NCBI GenBank assembly: GCA_018985225.1
Contig: JADGIF010000554.1
Coordinates: 1-6,694 of the forward strand
Length of the DNA: 6,694 nucleotides
Reading direction: 5' to 3'
Source of the DNA: Amoeboradix gromovi X-113
Taxonomy: Eukaryota; Fungi; Sanchytriomycota
Of the stretch, positions 1-6,694 are shown one piece after another. The translations under genes were made by a program, and so were the position numbers. Positions within the stretch are counted from its first letter, which is position 1. Each line of letters starts with the position of its first letter. The notes beneath the pieces are model-generated. The model had not been told where the DNA came from, did no database searches, and was given only the letters and a program-made list of their open reading frames with translations.

Positions 1-56
1 ATGTTCCAAGTTGCTACAGAAAGTTAGTCCAGTTTTTATATTTGATGTCCCATTTG
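1..56 (-). mobile_element. Left end (TIR) of a MITE copy in reverse orientation; element continues beyond the window start
   Basis: Reverse complement of 17-56 (CAAATGGGACATCAAATATAAAAACTGGACTAACTTTCTG) matches 4452-4491 and 6510-6549 at 38/40 positions each. Similarity continues weakly (about 9/16) to base 1. Confidence 0.85.
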
Positions 57-643
57 GAAAGATGTGTAAGTCCCATAATACGCTATTGAGCCTTTTCTCA
101 ATATGAAAATATACTGGTGATATCTCTTTCAGAATAGCTTGGCTGATTAGCACTAAGCATATGCTGCAACATCTCAACGGATAACAATTTTCATATTCTG
201 TCTTGATGTTTATAATGTCGTCTTGCTCACAAACAAGGCAGCATTTGGATGCCTTTCTATCGTAACTGATGACATGAAGATGTCCGATTTCTAGTGGGGC
301 TTCTAGATGTTCCTCCTGCTAAGAAATGAGGACATTTTGTGACTTTGATTTCTTATACTTGTGCGCATCATTATCTAACCACATCTCAGTATTTTGGAAA
401 CTTGAGCAGCCACTTTAGCCAAGCAACTGGCTTTTTCGGTTTCTCTAAAAATTCTCTGTTTTCTCGTGAATGAGGGCGTTTAACGAAGAACCAAAGAGCT
501 ACACAGTCTCTAGGTGATAAGATGTGGGGTTAAGTTGTGAAACTAGTTGAATTGTAAACCAATTGATAGAGCGAACTAAACTGTGTCAGTGTACATTTTA
601 ACATTTAAAGTCTAGGTTTAGACTCTCTATTCTTAGAGCGGAG

Positions 644-649
644 TATAAG
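644..649 (+). promoter_or_regulatory. Probable TATA box of the Gly-rich small gene
   Basis: GAGTATAAGT at 641-650; TATAAG starts 30 nt upstream of the ATG at 674. Confidence 0.4.
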
Positions 650-673
650 TAGCGGCCACAGTAGACAAGAATT

Positions 674-835
674 ATGTACGGAACAGGTTACGGTTCAGGA
701 TTAGGTTTTTACGGAGCAGGATTAGGTCATGGTGCGGGACTTGGTACTGGATTTGGTACTGGATTCCATTCCGGATTGGGTGCAGGATTTGGCACCGGAA
801 ATGGGGTAGGATGGGGATCCGGCGCATGGTGCTAA
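674..835 (+). CDS. Small 53-aa glycine-rich (Gly-X repeat) protein of unknown function
   Basis: ATG674-TAA835 translates to MYGTGYGSGLGFYGAGLGHGAGLGTGFGTGFHSGLGAGFGTGNGVGWGSGAWC (23 Gly). All four Gly codons are used, so the periodicity is at the protein level rather than a DNA microsatellite. It is a GC-rich island in AT-rich flanks with an in-frame TAG upstream (662-664). Absent from the supplied ORF track. Confidence 0.75.
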   Translation: MYGTGYGSGLGFYGAGLGHGAGLGTGFGTGFHSGLGAGFGTGNGVGWGSGAWC

Positions 836-1446
836 TTATCAAGAGTTAATAAGTAAATGACTATATTTATTTTGTTTCCTAACGTTAAGCATGTCTTTAT
901 GTTATATATTCTCTAACTGTCCTGTATATAGGGTATTCAGTACAAAAAGCTAACTAATCAATTTTTACAGTGGACCCGTATTAATCACCTATAAATTCAA
1001 GTGATTTTTTTACTAAGAAGCCTAACCGAATAGAATTTTCTCTCACTTCGTAGTTAAATCATGTCTCGCATACAACATGGTCTCTTTTAAGGAGATTCAA
1101 TAATAAGCTATTGTTAATAGCCTTGTAAATCGTCAAGTAGTCTCTCTATGCTAGCGCTGAGTGGCGTTGAATACATCCATTAGAAGTGCTATTCTGTATC
1201 TCTTGTTGATATCTTTAGATTTGATATATTGCTTTGGTGATCTGAGGACATTAATCATTTATGTAAACTAGGATGTCCAGTTTAATTCACCGAGAATGTT
1301 AGAGTAGCTTCGGATTTTCGAGCGATTAAATTCATATAATGATGAAAAATGGTTTATTCCATTATAACCCCATCTCTGGCCTGTAGTGGGAGATCAAACA
1401 AATTCATAAACTAATTTTTGATAGCTTGGGGCTTGAATCAGTCAAA

Positions 1447-2343
1447 ATGGCTCTTGTAACTCTGCTGATTACATCTTCATTTTTAGGATATGTAATGACT
1501 TATAATATGCTATCCAGCTCTAATATTCATGATTTTAAATTTAAAAGGAAATATATAAACCAGTTTAAACTGGAGAACAAGGCATTTTATATGAGTGTTA
1601 AAGCATATGACCAAGACGATGATTTCACGCGTAGAACCATTAAATCCGTTTTTAGTTTCCGCGACTATGAGCTGTTTAGGGTCTCAGATTCTGAATGTTC
1701 GTTCGTTTTGAGTTCAGCCTATCCAAAATATTTGGAGACTTTCAACGAGCTTCCTTTCGGTGTAATGAAGAGTGATTTTTGTCGATATCTAATGATATAC
1801 CACTTTGGTGGGATATACATTGATAGTGATGTAGTTATTCGTAAGAGCCCTGAATATTGGATTCCTCAGAGAGTGGATCGTCAGATTCAACCTAAACCTA
1901 TTCAGGTGTTCATAGGAATAGAGGCTATAATACCCACAAAATATAAAGAGTATTTGTTCTACCATCCGTATCAAATTGCGCAATGGACATTTGCAGCTAA
2001 CAAACAGCATGATATATTTCTTTTTTGTTTAGAGGACATACACAATCGCTTTCACGAAAACAAGACCTACTTCAATGATATTAACCATATCATTGAGTTG
2101 ACCGGACCTGGAACCATGACTAGATCTGTTTTTAAATACATTGGTGACTTTATCAAGGATGCCTCTGTTCTTCAAGACGCTCCCATAATTATCAAAGATG
2201 TTTATATAGGACCCCCAAACACACTTAATTGCGGCCCCAATGTCTACGAGGGTGTTGTTTATGAGTGTAATAAATTCACGGTATCTGATCACCTCTATGG
2301 TGGCAGATGGAAGGATGGGCTAAATGATGGCGATGGCATTTAA
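1447..2343 (+). CDS. Glycosyltransferase family 32 (DxD) protein, OCH1/HOC1-like alpha-1,6-mannosyltransferase, type II membrane protein, 298 aa
   Basis: First ATG is at 1447 (the ORF track starts at a TTG). N-terminal hydrophobic anchor MALVTLLITSSFLGYVMTY. GT32/Och1-type motifs: KSDFCRYLMIYHFGGIYIDSDV (DxD), FIGIE, QIAQWTFAANKQH, LTGPGTMT, HLYGGRWK. Confidence 0.88.
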   Translation: MALVTLLITSSFLGYVMTYNMLSSSNIHDFKFKRKYINQFKLENKAFYMSVKAYDQDDDFTRRTIKSVFSFRDYELFRVSDSECSFVLSSAYPKYLETFNELPFGVMKSDFCRYLMIYHFGGIYIDSDVVIRKSPEYWIPQRVDRQIQPKPIQVFIGIEAIIPTKYKEYLFYHPYQIAQWTFAANKQHDIFLFCLEDIHNRFHENKTYFNDINHIIELTGPGTMTRSVFKYIGDFIKDASVLQDAPIIIKDVYIGPPNTLNCGPNVYEGVVYECNKFTVSDHLYGGRWKDGLNDGDGI

Positions 2344-2350
2344 TGCAGCT

Positions 2351-2378
2351 AATAAATGTGTATTTTATAGCATTTATT
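2351..2378. promoter_or_regulatory. Candidate polyadenylation signals of the two convergent genes
   Basis: AATAAA on + at 2351-2356, just after the GT32 stop. AATAAA on - at 2378-2373, overlapping the TAATAA double stop of the ABCD gene. The intergenic gap is 33 bp. Confidence 0.4.
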
Positions 2379-4402
2379 AATATTTTAATCCTAACTCCTT
2401 GTTGATCTGCCGCAATCGCTCTTTTAGTGTACCTACATTTTCAATCTGATCGCTCAACTGCTTCATTTCATTCTCAATAGACGTCTCTTCTTGCTCTGTT
2501 CCTATCTTGTCGAATCTCCACTTGCCTTCATTTCCCTCTAATCTTAACAAGTGGCCGTGATACTTAAATAGGGCTGGTCTATGACTAACAGTGATCAAGG
2601 TGATACCGTATTCCTTTAAAGTCTTATATATCAATCCTTCCACATCTGAACTAACTGCTGAGCTACATTCATCCAGTATGACATACTTTGGTTTATGGTA
2701 GAATAATCGACATAGATTAACTCGCTGCTTCTCGCCTCCACTAAAAACGTCTTTCCAATCTTTAATAGTGTCGAACCCACCCTCTCTAGCTTCTAAATAA
2801 CCTAAATGAACCAAATCCATGATTTCTTGCAGTAAATCATCATTTTTCCCATTTTTAATCATCTCATCATGGGTATGCGGATAAATCAGTTGATCTCTTA
2901 GACTACCAATACTAAGGTAAGCCCTTTGAGGTACGTACATGATGCTATTGCGTACAGGTCGGCTCAGTTCTCCTTCGAATAATGGCCACAGTTCACGAAT
3001 AACTCTCACAATACTGGTTTTTCCACTTCCATTTGGACTAATTTAGCTTCAATTACCCTGTTATCAACGTGTGCTGACCTTGTTTAATCTCCATATTCAA
3101 GTTATGAATTATTACTTCACCTCCATTGCCATTTGCACTAGGGATAACAATATCAGCATCTTTAAAAACAAAGCCGTTGCAATCGTAGTTTATTAGTCCA
3201 TTTATGTTAGCCATACTATACGGTACATCTTTAGCAACGTACTCACCATCGTGCAGCTGATGTAATACATGTAGAGCAGTAAACAATCGTGACAAATACC
3301 CAGTTACTTCCAGCATATCTTTATATGCATACATTATACGTCCGCCAGCATCTCCTAAGCTCAACATCAATCTTTTAGCAATAACAAATTGCTGTGAGGT
3401 ACTGCCGATGTCTGACTCAGTATTTATTATCCCATGCCCTAGATATTCCTTTGCAAAAACGGGTATACCACACACCAGCAGTGCTGCTGCGCTCCATTCA
3501 TATTTGACAAAAATGTCCTCGATCATGTTGTACGGCATTTTAAATCGAAGTATTTGAGAAATGTGCTGCTGCAGTCTGTTGTACGATTTGTTTAACATGC
3601 TTTGCTCTATCTGCTCACCGTTGTAAAAGCATATCTCCTCAGCATTGGTAATAAGTCGAGTATGCGCCTGTCTATATTCCCCTTCTAAATGGGCCTGCTG
3701 GGCAGCAAGTTTTCCAAACGAGGGAGACAAGTATCGCAGCAACTGAGCAGTCACAACATAATTGAGGGTAAGTCCAATGGTTCCTATGGAGCCTATTGTG
3801 TTCTTTAATTGCCAATTAAACAGAATCATATCCAAGATAGGCTTACAAAGATTGCTATATAAACTCGTTATAGCATCGCAGAACTTTGCTATATCGGTGG
3901 TAAGATATTGGTCAATACTGGAGATTCGATTATCCATGTTTATAATTTTATAAAAGGCCAAATTATCATCCAAATACAGTTTCAATGCGTAATTAGTTAG
4001 GTTTAGACGCATGCCCATGGATAAGCGGGATTGAAGATATTTGATTTTACTATTGGTATAGCTGCAAGGAACTGCCAAGGCACACCAAATAAATAACGAT
4101 TTCAAAAACTCGTTGACCCTTCCTTTGACGAGTGATTTTACAATTCGCCCATCTAATTTAGTAATTACTAATGATAGCCATGTTCTTAAAACTAGAAAAA
4201 CAGAATGTAAACCCAATGTGTATATGTCTTGATTTTGTAACGAGACTTTTAATAAACTTAATAGCTGTTTGGGGAACGAAATATCCTTATTTACAAACAG
4301 AGAAGGATATAGTTTAGGGTTTAGTCGCCTTTTGAATTTGATAAGGGATGCCAGAGCAAACACACCAACAGCTAAACTAGCATTTCTAAGCTGGTGAGAC
4401 AT
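2377..4402 (-). CDS. PXA1: Peroxisomal ABC subfamily D half-transporter (long-chain fatty acyl-CoA importer, Pxa1/ABCD1-like); 2 exons (4402-3057, 3037-2377), 668 aa
   Basis: The TMD has the EAA-like motif EGEYRQAHTRLITNAEEICFYNG. Splicing restores Walker A LITGPNGSGKTS. The NBD has YVPQRAYL, SLRDQLIYPH, signature WKDVFSGGEKQR, Walker B YVILDECSSAVSSDVE and H-loop VSHRP. Exons 1346+661 = 2007 nt, in frame. First ATG at 4402 (MSHQLRN). Confidence 0.92.
3038..3056 (-). other. 19-nt spliceosomal (GT-AG) intron, phase 2
   Basis: Minus strand reads ACA GG|GTAATTGAAGCTAAATTAG|T CCA AAT GGA AGT GGA AAA ACC. Donor GTAATT, branch-like GCTAAAT, acceptor TAG. Removal deletes the premature stop, fixes the frame and yields TGPNGSGKT with no extra residues. 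Confidence 0.88.
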
Positions 4403-4451
4403 TCTGTTGCAAGGGATATTCCTGATGAGTTTAAAATCTATCAAAAATCAA

Positions 4452-4868
4452 CATATGGGAGATCAAATATAAAAACTGGACTAACTTTCTGAAATAGTTT
4501 GAATCATTATTTCAGCTTTATTAATTTTATGGATTTAAGAGGCGAGTGGACATTCAGCTAGTTGTGGAGCTGACGAGTATAAAAGGAAAATAAATATTCT
4601 GTACAGCTATTCTCTTACTCTTTCATCCAATCTTTATTTCAAATAAAATATCACTATTACTCTGTAAAAACTAGAATAGACAAGAGTAATGATGTTAGTA
4701 TAGCATTACAAAATGAGGGTCTTCTAGTTTTATTTTGAAGAGGGGATTGAAAGTAATGAAAGAAAATTGGTATAATAGAAGATCTTTTATTAGTAATAGC
4801 ATTTCTCCGTATGGTGCACCTCCTTTAAAAACGAGTTAGTCTAGTTTTTATATTTGGTGTCCCATCTG
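4452..4868 (+). mobile_element. Complete 417-bp non-autonomous TIR DNA transposon (MITE), possibly Tc1/mariner-like
   Basis: 35-bp TIRs: 4452-4486 CATATGGGAGATCAAATATAAAAACTGGACTAACT versus reverse complement of 4834-4868 CAGATGGGACACCAAATATAAAAACTAGACTAACT (31/35). No ORF inside. Two further copies in the window. Flanks are AA and TC, so a TA target duplication is not intact here. Confidence 0.88.
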
Positions 4869-5460
4869 TCTACTCATTTAAATACCAAGTGATGCGCTAA
4901 TTTGGGTGGACTTCAGATACGATGCCTAATTTTAAATTTTAATGATGGATTTAAAGCAAGCAGTCGAACACATGATTAAATATAATAATTTTATTGTAGA
5001 GTAAAGCGTAATTAACCGACCAACAACGAATAGTTTGGCTCGGTTGGAGTTAGACTCTCTTGATTTCACATTTCAAACTCTCATTCACATACAATTTAAT
5101 AACCGCTAACTCAAGATGCACACCAATCGAATGCCCTAAGTTGTTAAGTATCACTAACTTGTTTATATTTTGGATTCTGTTAGAAACTTAGCATATATAA
5201 CACCGTGACGATTTTAGATCAAGATATAACTTGAATCCTAAAGTATGCACCGGTATTTTAAGAATAGTAATTTTGTATAGCTTATTATCTTTGCAAAGGG
5301 TGAAACTTAGATGCTACGGTAATTTTTGCTCCTGAAAACATAAACCAACCAATCTTGTCCTTGTGTTTGCAGATTTTGTCCAGCTCGCAGCACTGCGTGG
5401 TGGTATTTTAAAAACATTATCCTCTCTTTTGATCTGTCATTGCTGCATGTAAATGTCAAT

Positions 5461-5600
5461 TAAGATTTTAATCTTATTTACTAAACTCCTCGTTAAAAGT
5501 CCTATTTCCGAGAAAATCGAGAATTTCCACAGAGAAACTAGCAATGCTAGATGCTAAATTACAGTGATTGCTCACGCTTTCACTACCCTGAGGCGGGATT
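5461..5600 (-). ncRNA. Putative omega-RNA (Fanzor/TnpB guide RNA scaffold) remnant; boundaries uncertain
   Basis: Lies directly 3' of the RuvC-III motif on the same strand. Consecutive minus-strand hairpins: GUGA-GCAA-UCAC (5575-5564, GNRA loop), CUAGC-AUU-GCUAG (5550-5538), UUUCU-CUGU-GGAAA (5537-5524), GGACUUUU-AACG-AGGAGUUU (5502-5483, needs G-U pairs), UAAGAU-UAAA-AUCUUA (5476-5461). Confidence 0.4.
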
Positions 5601-5952
5601 AAATAAGGATGCAGATACTTGATGTATATGTTCATTGCTGCCATATGGTCTCTATCTATCTTCAAATGACAATTTGTACAGGTTCAGGTTTCTAAGTTGG
5701 TTCTCTTTAAAGTACCATACCTCGTACATGGCATCGAATTTGTTCCTTGGTGCCATGTGGTCCATGTCCACTTCCAAACGACACTATGTACATGAATAGC
5801 TATCCAAATTGGTTTTCTTTAGAGTGCCACATATTGTACATGGCATCGAATTTACTTCTTTGGACCAGCTTATCAGTCTGAGACGAATGTATGCTGTACC
5901 TGCTAGTTATTTCTTTAGAATTGATTTACCATTTGCGAAAAGGAAGAATATC
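5474..5952 (-). pseudogene. Degenerate C-terminal fragment of a Fanzor/TnpB-family RNA-guided nuclease (zinc finger plus RuvC-III)
   Basis: Module 1 (5852-5741): NSMPCTICGTLKKTNLDSYSCT*CRLEVDMDHMAPRN. Module 2 (5740 onward): NSMPCTRYGTLKRTNLET*TCTNCHLKIDRDHMAAMNIYIKY. Both fit the TnpB/Fanzor pattern TSxxCxxCG...CxxC...DRDxNAAxNI. Upstream DILPFRKW*INSKEITSRYSI (5952-5890, other frame) resembles the helix preceding the zinc finger. Stops at 5786-5784 and 5686-5684 plus frameshifts. The 63-aa ORF 5665-5474 is its tail. Confidence 0.8.
5629..5852. repeat. Two tandem 112-bp units (5629-5740, 5741-5852), ungapped, about 75% identical
   Basis: Manual alignment gives 28 mismatches in 112 positions. 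Shared blocks include TGCCATRTGGTC and GTACATGGCATCGAATT. Each unit encodes one zinc-finger/RuvC-III module on the minus strand. Confidence 0.9.
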
Positions 5953-6509
5953 GAGTGTTTACGCTATTAGAAAAATCTGGAAAAGTCCTGAAACTATACA
6001 AAAATGCATACAAATTCGCGATAAATGATTTATTCAAGAAAATAGTCAAGCTGTAACTGCAATTTGTTTCAAATTAGCAGATTACCCCTTTATCGGTGTC
6101 GAATAAGAATCATCTTTATTTACGTGAAATTTAATCTTTCGATTTAAAAAGAGCTTTTTTGCATACTATCTGAGCACTTCTTTCCGTCGAACCGTTTCGA
6201 TTAAACCGGTTTTCGAGTAATTTTAGAATCGCAGATGGAGAATGTATTACAAATGAAAAGAAATTCTACAAACACCAGTAAACTGCGTGTTGAGCAGTTA
6301 AAGAATATAAGGGGCTGTCCAACACTAGTCTATCACTTAGGCGGAGATAGAAGCATTGTGCATCCAATAGTTTACACTATTATGCATCCTCTGCTGACCA
6401 GTGAAGAACAGGAAAGTAACCCTTGCTCGATTAGCAACATAACCACTTGATTGAAATAGTGTAATTGGATACTTTATAACACTCGATTCCAGTTAAAATG
6501 ATTTATTTA

Positions 6510-6694
6510 CATGTGGGACATCAAATATAAAAACTGGACTAACTTTCTGAACTAGTTTGAATCATTATTTTAGCTTCATTAATTTTATGGATTTAAGAGG
6601 CGAATTGACATTCAGCTAGTTGCGGAGTTGACGAGTATAAAAGGAAAATAAATATTCTGTACAGCTATTCTCTTACTCTTTCATCCAATCTTTA
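6510..6694 (+). mobile_element. MITE copy in the same orientation as 4452-4868, truncated by the window end
   Basis: Ungapped match to 4452-4636 with 9 substitutions in 185 nt (about 95%). Begins CATGTGGGACATCAAATATAAAAACTGGACTAACT and is preceded by TA (6508-6509). Confidence 0.92.

Noticed and set aside
674-835. Gly-rich ORF as a simple DNA microsatellite
   Set aside because: The nucleotide repeat is degenerate at third codon positions while Gly periodicity is kept, and it is bounded by ATG and TAA.
1387-1398. TGGGAGATCAAA, a 12-nt match to the MITE TIR
   Set aside because: Too short and does not extend in either direction. Chance or an unprovable relic.
1339-1425. Possible upstream exon (ATG 1339) and 42-nt intron 1383-1424 extending GT32 in frame
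   Set aside because: Frame-compatible, with CTAAT..TAG, but the GTAGTG donor is weak and ATG 1447 already gives a normal type II anchor. Needs RNA-seq.
1789-2292. Minus-strand ORFs 1789-2010 and 2029-2292
   Set aside because: Antisense shadows inside the well-supported GT32 gene, with no recognisable motifs.
3762-3953. Plus-strand 63-aa ORF
   Set aside because: Antisense to the ABCD transmembrane domain, with no independent support.
2377-4444. Two separate genes (TMD and NBD), or a frameshifted pseudogene or programmed frameshift
   Set aside because: A simple frameshift would leave extra residues in Walker A. A canonical GT-AG 19-nt excision restores the motif exactly. The TTG/GTG starts in the track are unlikely in a eukaryotic gene.
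5684-5786. Stop-codon reassignment making the Fanzor fragment intact
   Set aside because: The long neighbouring genes have no in-frame stops and end in TAA. The fragment also has frameshifts, a Cys>Tyr change and no N-terminal domains.
5629-5852. CRISPR-like array (GTACATGGCATCGAATTT repeated)
   Set aside because: Only two units, and the 'spacers' are homologous to each other. Explained by the duplicated coding module.
6235-6450. 71-aa plus-strand ORF
   Set aside because: No recognisable domain or compositional signal. It lies in transposon-rich DNA and cannot be supported without a homology search.

Overview
AT-rich, gene-dense eukaryotic DNA with fungal-type genes and the standard genetic code. 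From left to right: the end of an inverted MITE copy (1-56); an unannotated 53-aa Gly-X repeat peptide gene with a TATA box (674-835, +); an OCH1/HOC1-like GT32 mannosyltransferase (1447-2343, +); and, convergent with it, a peroxisomal ABCD half-transporter (PXA1-like, 4402-2377, -). The two ORF-track pieces of the transporter are joined by a 19-nt GT-AG intron inside the Walker A motif. A complete 417-bp MITE with 35-bp TIRs lies at 4452-4868 and a third copy starts at 6510. Between these two MITEs, on the minus strand, is a decayed TnpB/Fanzor-type nuclease 3' end (CxxC..CxxC zinc finger plus DRDxxAAxNI RuvC-III motif). It occurs as two diverged tandem 112-bp modules and is followed directly by a run of hairpins where an omega/guide RNA scaffold would be expected. 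All alignments, counts and folds were done by eye.
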